DNA of 64,000 nt, from NCBI GenBank assembly GCA_963702205.1, contig OY969724.1, forward strand, positions 3,488,001 to 3,552,000, written 5' to 3'. The position numbers and the translations under genes were made by a program. The DNA comes from an uncultured candidate division Zixibacteria bacterium. Its GTDB lineage: Bacteria > Zixibacteria > MSB-5A5 > GN15 > PGXB01. Below are positions 20,637-30,401 of the stretch, one piece after another (the first letter of the stretch is position 1; the number at the start of each line of letters is the position of its first letter). The notes beneath the pieces are model-generated. The model was not told the DNA's origin. It ran no database searches and was given only the letters and a program-made list of their open reading frames with translations.

Positions 20637-23039
20637 TTATTTCTCGTTGAGCATTTTTTCCAGAAGGGCCTTTACTTCCGCCAGTTGATTTCTCAAGTCT
20701 TGGTTTTCCTTATTAAGTTCTTTAATAGCGGCCAGGGCTATTCCTGAGGGGTCTATGGTTGAGATGCTTTTATCATTGTCACCCACTCCGAAAACCGCCT
20801 TAAAATCCTGTGCGGTCGGACCGATATGAGTGATATTGTCCGACTCGTTTTTATAATTCCATTGGCTGATGTTCAATTGATCTATCTGCTGCAATAATTG
20901 CCGACCATCGACGGCCCGGAAATTTTCCTTGAGGTTGACGTCGGACGCATTGGTCCAGACGCCACCGGGCGTGCAGTGGGCGCCGGAGGCCAAGGCCAGC
21001 GGATTGACCGGATCCTGAATGCCAACGCCAAAACGACGTGCAACCATGCCGTCGCCTTCGGAATTGAATTCGACCTGACTGGCACCATTACCGTCAATGG
21101 AAAGCCTGCCTTTGACGGTACCGTCCCAGCCCTTCCTGAAACCCATCGCGACCTGGACGCCCGGCTCGTCAATCGCAATAGCCGCCGTGGTATCATCCAC
21201 GTTTGAACTTATTTGACGATCAGCTACGCCATCGGCGTCAAAATCAGTCGCACAAACGACGCTGCCGGAAAAGGCATCGGTACTGGATATAATCGAAACG
21301 GTGCGATTGTCATTGGCCCCGGTTCCTTTAGTTTTTATTGCCACGCTGGACGTCGTCGGAGTAAGCAGCTGTTCAATTTCCTGATCCGGGACCATGTCTC
21401 CGTCATCATCGATTTCACAGCGATGAACGGCATTGGCTTCATCGGTACTGGACGAAACAGATAAAGTGCGGTTATTATCGGCGCCAGTTCCTTTGCGATT
21501 TATCGCCACACTGGACATGGTTGGAGTAATTTGCAGAGTTGCATCGCAATCGTCCGTGCCGTCGCCGTCCAGGTCGCCTGCGACCATGACCGAGCTATTG
21601 GATTCATCGGTGCTGCATGCCACCGTCCGCTTGGCACTGGTTCCTTTGCTGTTGATAGCCAAACGCGCCCCGGCATCATCGCAGTCGTCATCTATCGATC
21701 GATCCAGTATGCCGTCGCCATCGAGATCGATAGCACAAGCAACACTGGCGCCGGATTGACTGGTACTGGAAATTACTGAAACACGGCCATTATCGTTAGC
21801 ACCCGTCCCCTTGGTCTTTATGGCGACACTGGAAGTCGTCGGGGTGACGATTGAAGAAATATCTGACTCGGGGACACCATCGCCATCCACGTCACTTTCT
21901 ATTGCCTGAACTGCCGAATCAGGATACGTCGTATGGCTGATCCGATTATTGTCGGCGCCAGTCCCCTTGGTTTTGATGGCGACATTGGAAGTTGTTGGCG
22001 TTAATCGCTGTGAATATTCCGTTTCCGGAACTCCGTCATCATCTTGGTCCACTTCCATAAGCATGAGGCCCCCGGCACCGCCTCCGCTTCCGAGAGTCAG
22101 AGCCATACGGGAGTCTGTCAGGCCATCGTCATCGGAATCGCAATCGCGGCTATCGGTAACAGAATCCGCTTCGGCTCTTAAAGTTATGGTGCCGTATTTG
22201 ACTCTTCCCGGTCGTTTACGAGCGAGTTGGACGGAACTTGAGGCAGCATCGTCAGTGATCGATACACCGTCCAACCCTGATGAACCGATGTTGCTGACCC
22301 GCATACTACTTGAAAAACCATCAGTTAACAGTTCGACACCATCGTTACCTGATGAACCCAAATTATTCAGCTTTAATCGCCGGGAGTTTCCTTCAATTTT
22401 AACTTCAACGCCATCCTGTCCAGACGAACCAATATTGTTCATGGATAAACGCCTGCCAGTGTCGTCGGCTACAATCTCGACACCATCCTGGCCGCTGGAA
22501 CCAATGTTGTTAAGTGTTACCCGGCTTGTGGTCGCGTCAGCCGAAATACTCACTCCGTCTAAACCACTTGAACCGAGATTGTCTCGCACAAGTAATTGTC
22601 CGCTGGCGGTTTGAATATCGCCGGAGACACGGCTGGCCGCGATCGAATACGGCGCGGATAGCAAAGGCGTTCGGGGCGACATGGGCGGCTGGCCGCCCAG
22701 CTGGACTTCCAGGTAAATCGCCCCGCCCGCACCGCCGCCACCGCCGCCACCGGAACCGGCCAGAATATCGGCCGTCAGGGGCACGGTTTCACCGATTTCG
22801 ACGGAAAAAAGCCCGTCGGTCACATGGACACTGGCGTGGTCTTCGGTCCAGAGCACCGTTCCCCCTGTTGGCGCATCGTACAAAGAAAAAGTCATGGAAT
22901 AGTCACCGGTTACCGGCTGGCTGCTCGCATCGAGAAGCCGCCCCTGGTAACTGATACTATCCGGAACGCCGGCAAATACGCCCGGCACCAAAACCATCAT
23001 TGCCGCGGCAATGGACGCAATGGCGCACTTTAAACGCAT
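20637..23039 (-). CDS. Secreted tail-fibre-like protein with C-terminal peptidase S74 (intramolecular chaperone) domain
   Basis: N-terminal ISYQGRLLD..LWTE..GLFSVEIG..PRTPL.SAPY; C-terminal SDVNLKEN, WNYK, HIGPTAQDF..FG and coiled coil. Confidence 0.85.
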   Translation of the reverse strand: MRLKCAIASIAAAMMVLVPGVFAGVPDSISYQGRLLDASSQPVTGDYSMTFSLYDAPTGGTVLWTEDHASVHVTDGLFSVEIGETVPLTADILAGSGGGGGGGAGGAIYLEVQLGGQPPMSPRTPLLSAPYSIAASRVSGDIQTASGQLLVRDNLGSSGLDGVSISADATTSRVTLNNIGSSGQDGVEIVADDTGRRLSMNNIGSSGQDGVEVKIEGNSRRLKLNNLGSSGNDGVELLTDGFSSSMRVSNIGSSGLDGVSITDDAASSSVQLARKRPGRVKYGTITLRAEADSVTDSRDCDSDDDGLTDSRMALTLGSGGGAGGLMLMEVDQDDDGVPETEYSQRLTPTTSNVAIKTKGTGADNNRISHTTYPDSAVQAIESDVDGDGVPESDISSIVTPTTSSVAIKTKGTGANDNGRVSVISSTSQSGASVACAIDLDGDGILDRSIDDDCDDAGARLAINSKGTSAKRTVACSTDESNSSVMVAGDLDGDGTDDCDATLQITPTMSSVAINRKGTGADNNRTLSVSSSTDEANAVHRCEIDDDGDMVPDQEIEQLLTPTTSSVAIKTKGTGANDNRTVSIISSTDAFSGSVVCATDFDADGVADRQISSNVDDTTAAIAIDEPGVQVAMGFRKGWDGTVKGRLSIDGNGASQVEFNSEGDGMVARRFGVGIQDPVNPLALASGAHCTPGGVWTNASDVNLKENFRAVDGRQLLQQIDQLNISQWNYKNESDNITHIGPTAQDFKAVFGVGDNDKSISTIDPSGIALAAIKELNKENQDLRNQLAEVKALLEKMLNEK

Positions 23040-23368
23040 TTCACGCTCCTTCTTGTGATAGGTTTGTTGTGTAATCCTGCTTTAGGTGTTTCTCGATGAA
23101 ATCCCACAGCTATATTCTTAAATACGCAGCCTTGCCGTAATATAGAAGATATATTAGACCTATAATATCCAATTTATTAAATAAATTCCGCCCATCATTG
23201 CCATACCCCATCCCCCGTTACCTGTTCTGGTTTTTAATTTTTAGTGAAATTTACAGATTACTTATTTAAAATCGCAGACATTCCCAATACAAATGACATC
23301 TGACAAGATCGCACAAGATGTTGAATAACTGAGATTTATATGAACCTTGCGGATTTACGTCCGGGTGG

Positions 23369-23392
23369 CCACTCCAAACTTGTTTGGAGTGG
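23369..23392. repeat. REP-like palindrome
   Basis: CCACTCCAAAC-TT-GTTTGGAGTGG. Confidence 0.6.
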
Positions 23393-23596
23393 GTGTTCAT
23401 TGAACATGCAAAAACAAAAATTTCCAAATTCGAACCCATTTCCCTGCAACCTGTATCTGTCAATGCGGTTATGAAAGATATGAATGCGAAAGACGTTAAT
23501 TACGACCGCCCAAATTTGACTGGCTTTGGCGTATATGTGATTACTATATTATGGCTTCAATACGACTGATTAAATGATGGAGGGCCTAAACGCATT

Positions 23597-24166
23597 ATGA
23601 AAATTGTACTATCAATAGTGATGTTCCTCTGGAGCTTGTCGATGCTTATCGGCTGCAGCTCACCCCACGTGCAGCCGTCACTCATTTCCCCCGAAACAAA
23701 AAGTATCGACACATGGTACATAAACCTTGTCAATGACCGAACCGCGGCCGATTCGCTGCCGTCGATCGCCGCCTTACGTCAGGAATTCGGGGTCGACGAA
23801 AAAGCCAAAGACTACATTGAAGCCGTCAAAATACATCTCGTCGACAACGGCATCAACGTTTCGGACGACCCGACCGATGCCGTAGGTACGATTAATGTCA
23901 AAGTCCAGGGACCGGGAATGTACGGTGAGATACACGACGTTCAAAAGGGCATGCAAGCGGGGTACACGAAGCGTGCCCCGGACGATACTGATACCCTGAC
24001 TTCCTATGTCGAATTAAAAGAAACCAACAACGTCTCCGAGGTTAATATCAACCTGAAAAGCCCCGACGGGCGTTTCCTGGGGCAGGTCGACATCGACGGC
24101 CACAGAATCAAGCCCGAATTCACTGCCGACGTTATCAAGAAGTTGATTAGAACGGGAGAATACTGA
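23597..24166 (+). CDS. Hypothetical lipoprotein
   Basis: LIGC lipobox after a hydrophobic stretch; RBS GGAGGG. Confidence 0.7.
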   Translation: MKIVLSIVMFLWSLSMLIGCSSPHVQPSLISPETKSIDTWYINLVNDRTAADSLPSIAALRQEFGVDEKAKDYIEAVKIHLVDNGINVSDDPTDAVGTINVKVQGPGMYGEIHDVQKGMQAGYTKRAPDDTDTLTSYVELKETNNVSEVNINLKSPDGRFLGQVDIDGHRIKPEFTADVIKKLIRTGEY

Positions 24167-24173
24167 CAATAAA

Positions 24174-24203
24174 GAAAGGCGGTCTCAAATCGAAACCGCC
24201 TTT
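24174..24203. terminator. Bidirectional terminator-like hairpin
   Basis: AAAGGCGGT..ACCGCCTTT between convergent genes. Confidence 0.6.
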
Positions 24204-24233
24204 GTACTATGGTGACGATATTTTGTACTAAAG

Positions 24234-25067
24234 CTATTCTTTCAGTTTCTTCTCAACTACTTGTCCGACTATGGCGATATCCATCTTGTTGCCGTTTTTG
24301 ATTTCGACTCGGTCTTTATGCAATACGGCTCCCAGGATACCTCCCGCGGCCGCCCCGACCACGGCACCTTTGGCGGCACCCGATGTTTTCTTATTACCCC
24401 CGGTGATCGCTCCCAGAACGCCTCCGGCGATGGCTCCGATTCCGGCGTCCTTGGCTACCGTCCCGGTCTTGCTCCCGGCCTTGATCACACCGTCGCCGTC
24501 ATTGGTGACGATGTACCCTTCCATTGGAACACCATTCTCACCCGGAAGAATAAACTTCGTGAACTTGGGCAGTATCCACGCCGACTCCCCCTCGCTTTTG
24601 CCGTCGGACATCTGCGCGATCTCGCCCTCGATTATCGTCCCTTCCGGAAACTGTGATGGCTGACCTTTCTCGGCCGGACCAAGCACCATGACGCGGAATT
24701 TGTCGCCGACCTTATTGGTTTCGGTCGAAAGATCGGTCAGCATTTCCACCTCCAGCTGATCACCCTGATTAAGAAGCACCGTCTCGACATATTGAGGCTT
24801 CGGCACGGGCTTCGGTTCCGGTTTCAGCTCCGGTTTTGGCTGTGGTTTGGGCTGGGGTTTGGCTTCCGGCTGTTTCTCCGCAACGGTCGGCTGCGGTTTG
24901 GGTTGTTCCGTCACGGTTGTATCGAGGAGGGTCGATTCGCCTGTATCCTGCGGCAATACGGCCTGATCCCCGGTTTTTTCGGATTTGCCCTCTTTTTCGC
25001 CACCGCAGGAAATAATCAGAAGTCCCGCGAACAAGGCAACTGTCATAAAAATCAAAATCCTCTTCAT
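24234..25067 (-). CDS. Lipoprotein with PK/PQ linker and glycine-zipper C-terminus
   Basis: IISC lipobox, KPQPKPQPKPE linker, LSTETNKVGDKF, GAIAGGVLGA..GAVVGAAAGG. Confidence 0.75.
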   Translation of the reverse strand: MKRILIFMTVALFAGLLIISCGGEKEGKSEKTGDQAVLPQDTGESTLLDTTVTEQPKPQPTVAEKQPEAKPQPKPQPKPELKPEPKPVPKPQYVETVLLNQGDQLEVEMLTDLSTETNKVGDKFRVMVLGPAEKGQPSQFPEGTIIEGEIAQMSDGKSEGESAWILPKFTKFILPGENGVPMEGYIVTNDGDGVIKAGSKTGTVAKDAGIGAIAGGVLGAITGGNKKTSGAAKGAVVGAAAGGILGAVLHKDRVEIKNGNKMDIAIVGQVVEKKLKE

Positions 25068-25261
25068 GGCGCTCTCCTCCAAAATTGCGTTATATCCTTT
25101 TTTAAGCATTATATGATTAAACACTCGTGGTTCCCATTTCAACAAAAAGATTGGGAAATCATATTAATCCAAAAGTCCTTGATTTTGCCCGGAATTTGTG
25201 TTTATTTGACCTTTTGCAATTGGCGACGGTTTAAGTATTAGCCGTCGTAAAGTATAAAACT

Positions 25262-25334
25262 GGGGCAGTAGCTCAATTGGGAGAGCACCACGTTCGCAAC
25301 GTGGGGGTCGGCGGTTCGAGCCCGCTCTGCTCCA
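25262..25334 (+). tRNA. tRNA-Ala(CGC)
   Basis: Cloverleaf: GGGGCAG/CTGCTCC acceptor stem with G3:U70, CCACG-TTCGCAA-CGTGG anticodon arm, GGTTCGAG T-loop; CCA not encoded. Confidence 0.95.
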
Positions 25335-25363
25335 TTTTATAATCTTGGGGAGAAAGCTGTAAA

Positions 25364-25631
<268 letters not shown>

Positions 25632-25644
25632 ATAAAATATCATT

Positions 25645-27327
25645 ATGTCATACCAGGTTCTGGCCAGGAAATATCGCCCGCAGCAGTTCGATGATATCAT
25701 CGCCCAGCGACACATCTCGAAAACGCTGAAAAGCGCCATAGAATCGGGACGGATTTCATCGGGATATCTTTTCACCGGTCCGCGCGGCACCGGCAAAACC
25801 ACGACCGCCCGCGTCCTGGCCAAAGCCCTCAACTGCGTCGAAGGCCCGACCCCAACCCCGTGCGACAAATGCGCATCATGCAAAGAAATCATGTCAGGTT
25901 CCGCCCTGGACGTCCTCGAAATCGACGCCGCATCCAATACCGGAGTCGATGACGTTCGGGCTCTGCGGGAAAACGTACGCTATTTGCCGACTACCGGCAA
26001 AAAAAGAATATATATCATTGACGAAGTCCACCGCTTGTCCGGTTCGGCCTTTGACGCTCTGCTTAAAACCCTCGAGGAGCCGCCGCCGCACGTGGTCTTC
26101 ATATTTGCCACCACCGAGCCACATAAGGTTCCGGAGACGATTCGTTCGCGTACTCAGCGCTATGATTTTCACCGGGTTGGTGTGGCGGAACTCGCGGCGC
26201 ACGTGTTGAAAATCGCGGAGAATGAAAGTCTGATGCTCGATGACGCCGCGGCCTTTATCATCGCCCGCAAAGCCGATGGCTCGGTCCGCGACAGCCTGTC
26301 ACTTCTGGACCAGCTATCCGCCTTCTCCGGAGAGAAAATCGACGCCGAAAAAGTGGTTGAGGCGCTCGGCCTGATCGACTCAAGGTTTTTCTCGGACTAT
26401 ATCGAGACTATCGCGTCCAGGGACCAGTCGGCGGCCCTCGAAAAAATCGTCGAACTGGTCAATTCCGGCGCAGAAATTTCAGAATTCTGCGGCGGGCTGG
26501 CTCTTTATGTGCGGAGCCTGATGATCGCCAAAAACGCCCGGAACCCGGATAAAATCCTCGAGGTCACCACGGCCGAACTTGAAGAAATAAAGAAACAGGC
26601 CGAATATTTTTCGACCGGTGACCTGCTTCGTATGATCAAAGCAGTGACCGATATGACACTGGATTTGAAAAGCGGGCTGGACCCGAGGCTTTTGCTCGAA
26701 ACAATGACCCTTAAATTAGCCAGCATGGAATCTACGGTTCGTTTCGAAGAAATTTTGGCGCGGCTGTCCGAAGAAGATTCGGAAACATCGGGACCGAACA
26801 GCGGCGGAGATCTGTTTGGCAAATCGACTGCTCCGCCGGTCAAGAAGGATTTTCCTTCAGGAGAAGATCCGGTTGCCTCCGCTCCCCCTCCGCGCGAAAG
26901 CGCTCCTCCCCTGACCGGGGCTCTTGTAAACCTGCCGATGGTACAGTCGAAATGGGTCGACTTCACCGAGCAGGTAAAAAAGCACAATCGAATGCTCGCG
27001 GCTCTTCTGTCGATGGCCGAGATACGCGAAGTACGCGACAATGTCATCACCGCCGTATTTTATAACGCGGGCGGGACATCCAAACAGGTGCTGGAAAAAG
27101 CGGACTATATCACAGCCATTCATAATGAGTTGCGTTCGTTTTTTAAAACGCCGTTAAAAGTAAAGTATGAAATTGATCCGTCAAAAAAGCCGGAAAGTTC
27201 CGAGACCAGAGCCCCGTCGGTGGAAAAAATCGACGCTGATAAAATACTTGAATCGGACAAAAAACTGAAAGATATTGTCGAACGTTTCAACGGTGAAATT
27301 GTCGGAAAAAAGAAAGTGGATGATTAA
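25645..27327 (+). CDS. dnaX: DNA polymerase III subunit gamma/tau
   Basis: MSYQVLARKYRP, GPRGTGKTT, Zn-finger Cys, EIDAASN, IIDEVH, LKTLEEPP. Confidence 0.97.
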   Translation: MSYQVLARKYRPQQFDDIIAQRHISKTLKSAIESGRISSGYLFTGPRGTGKTTTARVLAKALNCVEGPTPTPCDKCASCKEIMSGSALDVLEIDAASNTGVDDVRALRENVRYLPTTGKKRIYIIDEVHRLSGSAFDALLKTLEEPPPHVVFIFATTEPHKVPETIRSRTQRYDFHRVGVAELAAHVLKIAENESLMLDDAAAFIIARKADGSVRDSLSLLDQLSAFSGEKIDAEKVVEALGLIDSRFFSDYIETIASRDQSAALEKIVELVNSGAEISEFCGGLALYVRSLMIAKNARNPDKILEVTTAELEEIKKQAEYFSTGDLLRMIKAVTDMTLDLKSGLDPRLLLETMTLKLASMESTVRFEEILARLSEEDSETSGPNSGGDLFGKSTAPPVKKDFPSGEDPVASAPPPRESAPPLTGALVNLPMVQSKWVDFTEQVKKHNRMLAALLSMAEIREVRDNVITAVFYNAGGTSKQVLEKADYITAIHNELRSFFKTPLKVKYEIDPSKKPESSETRAPSVEKIDADKILESDKKLKDIVERFNGEIVGKKKVDD

Positions 27328-27344
27328 CATAAAGGAGCATCGTG

Positions 27345-27671
27345 ATGAATAAAGGTCAACTCGGGGGTATGATGAAACAGATTCAGCAGATGCAGGCCAA
27401 AATGGAGAAAATCCAGGCCGAACTTGAAGAAATGGAAGTTGAAGGCACGTCGGGCGGCGGCATGGTCAAATGCACCGTCAACGGCAAACAGGAGGTGCTG
27501 GAAATAAAGATCGACCCGGAAGTGGTTAATCCCGATGACGTTGAAATGCTTCAGGACCTGATCGTGGCGGCCGTCAACCAGGCCCGCCAGAAGGCCCAGG
27601 AAATTCAGCAGGAACAGATGAGCCAGTTGACCGGCGGCCTGAACCTTCCCGGCATGAACCTGCCCTTCTGA
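27345..27671 (+). CDS. ybaB: YbaB/EbfC nucleoid-associated protein
   Basis: GTSGGGMV, DVEMLQDLIVAAVN; position between dnaX and recR. Confidence 0.95.
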   Translation: MNKGQLGGMMKQIQQMQAKMEKIQAELEEMEVEGTSGGGMVKCTVNGKQEVLEIKIDPEVVNPDDVEMLQDLIVAAVNQARQKAQEIQQEQMSQLTGGLNLPGMNLPF

Positions 27672-27677
27672 TCGAAT

Positions 27678-28277
27678 ATGTTTGACCGGACTGAATCCGT
27701 CAACCGGCTTATAACGCTTCTGGCCCAGCTGCCCGGCATCGGGCGAAAATCGGCGGGACGGCTGGCGTTTTATATTCTCAAGGCTCGCCGCGAGGACGCT
27801 CTGGAACTGGCCGAGGCCATACAGGACGTGAAAGACAAGGTCGGTTTCTGCACCCGCTGTAACAATATTACCGAAGACGACCCATGCTATATCTGCACCG
27901 ATCCCAGGCGCGATCAAAATACTATCTGTGTCGTCGAAGAGGCCATGGACCTGGCGGCGCTGGAAAAATCCGAGGGCTTTAAGGGTGTTTATCACGTTTT
28001 GGGCGGACGGATATCCCCACTCGACGGCATCGGCCCCGATGATATCAAAATCAAGGAACTGCTCGAACGGCTCGACGATAATACGAAAGAAATAATTATC
28101 GCCACCAATCCCAACGTCGAAGGTGAAGCTACGGCTATCTATCTGGCAAAACTTTTGAAACCGATGGGTGTAAAAATAACCAGGATTGCCCGGGGCCTGC
28201 CGGTCGGAAGCGATCTTGAATACGCCGACGGTATGACCCTGTCGAGAGCCCTGGAAGGACGCCGCGAAATCGATTAG
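27678..28277 (+). CDS. recR: Recombination mediator RecR
   Basis: LPGIGRKSA, C4 Zn finger, YHVLGG, ATNPNVEGEAT. Confidence 0.97.
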   Translation: MFDRTESVNRLITLLAQLPGIGRKSAGRLAFYILKARREDALELAEAIQDVKDKVGFCTRCNNITEDDPCYICTDPRRDQNTICVVEEAMDLAALEKSEGFKGVYHVLGGRISPLDGIGPDDIKIKELLERLDDNTKEIIIATNPNVEGEATAIYLAKLLKPMGVKITRIARGLPVGSDLEYADGMTLSRALEGRREID

Positions 28278-28283
28278 AGCGTT

Positions 28284-30401
28284 ATGAGCGAAAAAAAAAC
28301 TATCTTTGAATATCTGAGCTATCTCGCGATCGCGGTTTCCGTCATACTAATCCTGTTCGGCGTCGACATTTTCAAAAACTCCTGGGGCCTGTCCGGCCTG
28401 CACTATCTGCCGTCATACGTGCTGTACGTATGGGTCGGTTTGATCGTACTAAGCCTGATTCCGTTAGTCCTGAAAAAATCCATCTGGCCGTTTTCGATTC
28501 TGGAAAAACATCTTTGGCGCCCGGAATATTCCAAAATTCAATGGACCTGGCTGGGCTTGATAATCGTAATTTTCTGGCTCCTTCGCATACAGGGACATTT
28601 CTGGGGTAATGGATATATCAACCTCGGTAATTTCGCCAGGCACGATGTGACGATATTTCGTTGGTACGAGTACGGCGGAACATTGGTCCCCTGGTTCATA
28701 TACAAATTTTTCGTACTTATCGGAATTTCCAAAATGGCGGCGGCATTATGGGGCTATCGACTGATTTCCTCTGCTTCAGGAGCCGTCTATATAATTTGCG
28801 CCCATCGGCTGGCCCGGCTGCTTTCCGATGACGATCGCACAAGAACCGGTTTTCTGTGGTTAGTCGTGTTTGGCGGGCAATTGTTGTTCTTCATGGGCAT
28901 GCTGGAAAATTATACTCTGCTTCCGGCGATATTCATGGTGCAAACGGTGCTGACGGTGAAAAGGCATATTTCCGGTTCGACCAACGACCTCTTGAAATTA
29001 TGGCTGGTGACGACGATAGGCGTCTTCGCGGATTTCATGTTTATTTGTACGTTACCGGCCGTGATGTACTCCACGTTTAGCCCCGGCCGCAAAGACCAGC
29101 CTCGTCCGGGAAAAATCGGTCTGATTACGGGATTACTTACAATCGTGATCGGCCTGGTTTTGGTTTACTGGAAATCATCGACCGATATTTTCGTAGAAAG
29201 CCGCCTTTTGCACGTCTCGGTTAACCCGGCCACGCCTTATTACAGCCTGATCGGCATGAAAAACCTGTCCGAAAAATTGAACGCCATATTTTTCATAGTT
29301 CCTCTTGTCCCCTTGTTCGGCCTGGCAATCGTGATGAGTCTTAAAAAGTTCTCACAGTTCAGACAAACCACTTATTTTATTCTTGTTACGTTAAGCCAAT
29401 TGCTGGTGATATTTATCGCCAATCCCTATAACGGTACAGCTCGTGAAATTCCATTTTACGGCTTTTTAAGCCTCGGTCTGGTACTTTGGGGAAGCTATGC
29501 CCTGGTCAGTGCAGGGGCTTATATTAAAATCGGTCTGGCCGGACGATTACCCCTGATAGCGCTGGTGATGGCGGTGCCGGTCATCTGGTTGTGGCACGCA
29601 CCCGAATCCGGAGTCGCATTTCTGAAAAATTATTTTGAACACAACCAAACCAAGTATGAGCCGGCGCTGGGGGCTTTCAGGGATTATTATTTCGTCCGGG
29701 GTAATTATGCCCGGGCCAACGAAGAAGAGCAATCCATCCGGGGCAGCGCGCCCGGACGGCTGGAATCCGATCTGATTTCCGACCTTTATTATCATGAACG
29801 TTACACCGATGCTCTTGAATACGCGGACCGGCTTGTTGAAAGATACCCGTATCAGGGCAAGTACCGTATCCAGCGCGGCAATATTCTGGAATATTTTAAA
29901 AGGTTCACCGAAGCCGAAAACGAATTCAAGACGGCCATTAAACTGAATCCCGACGACATGACCGCTTACCATTTCTTATCCGAGCTGTACCGACAAAACA
30001 AGCTGGAACATAAATGCATCGAAGTGCTCGATCGAGCCCAGGCAATCGCACCGGGTGACAGCCTGATAGTTATCGACCTGATCGGATATTATTATCGAAT
30101 GCGCGATTTCCGCAAAACCGACAGTTTGACCGACATGATTTTGAAAGAGCACCCGGGAGAACCGTACGGTCATATGTACAAAGGACTGTTGCTGGAGCAA
30201 ACCAAACAACCGGACCGGGCGGTCGATCAATACCTGGCTTTCATCTGGCTGAATAAGGACCTGCCCGAGGTTGAGATAATCCGGAAGCGGCTCGAAAAAA
30301 TGGCGCCTCAAAGACTCGATTCGCTCGACGTCGCGATCAAGGGAAAATATTACAAAGTTGGAGGCACTGCGCCTGCCGTTCCCGCCACTCCTACTCAATA
30401 A
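28284..30401 (+). CDS. Polytopic membrane protein (GT-C-like) with C-terminal TPR repeats
   Basis: About a dozen hydrophobic segments, then TPR-like repeats (AIKLNPDD, AQAIAPGD). Confidence 0.65.
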   Translation: MSEKKTIFEYLSYLAIAVSVILILFGVDIFKNSWGLSGLHYLPSYVLYVWVGLIVLSLIPLVLKKSIWPFSILEKHLWRPEYSKIQWTWLGLIIVIFWLLRIQGHFWGNGYINLGNFARHDVTIFRWYEYGGTLVPWFIYKFFVLIGISKMAAALWGYRLISSASGAVYIICAHRLARLLSDDDRTRTGFLWLVVFGGQLLFFMGMLENYTLLPAIFMVQTVLTVKRHISGSTNDLLKLWLVTTIGVFADFMFICTLPAVMYSTFSPGRKDQPRPGKIGLITGLLTIVIGLVLVYWKSSTDIFVESRLLHVSVNPATPYYSLIGMKNLSEKLNAIFFIVPLVPLFGLAIVMSLKKFSQFRQTTYFILVTLSQLLVIFIANPYNGTAREIPFYGFLSLGLVLWGSYALVSAGAYIKIGLAGRLPLIALVMAVPVIWLWHAPESGVAFLKNYFEHNQTKYEPALGAFRDYYFVRGNYARANEEEQSIRGSAPGRLESDLISDLYYHERYTDALEYADRLVERYPYQGKYRIQRGNILEYFKRFTEAENEFKTAIKLNPDDMTAYHFLSELYRQNKLEHKCIEVLDRAQAIAPGDSLIVIDLIGYYYRMRDFRKTDSLTDMILKEHPGEPYGHMYKGLLLEQTKQPDRAVDQYLAFIWLNKDLPEVEIIRKRLEKMAPQRLDSLDVAIKGKYYKVGGTAPAVPATPTQ

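Noticed and set aside
20637..23039. Prophage
   Set aside because: Only an S74 domain on a signal-peptide protein; no other phage genes.
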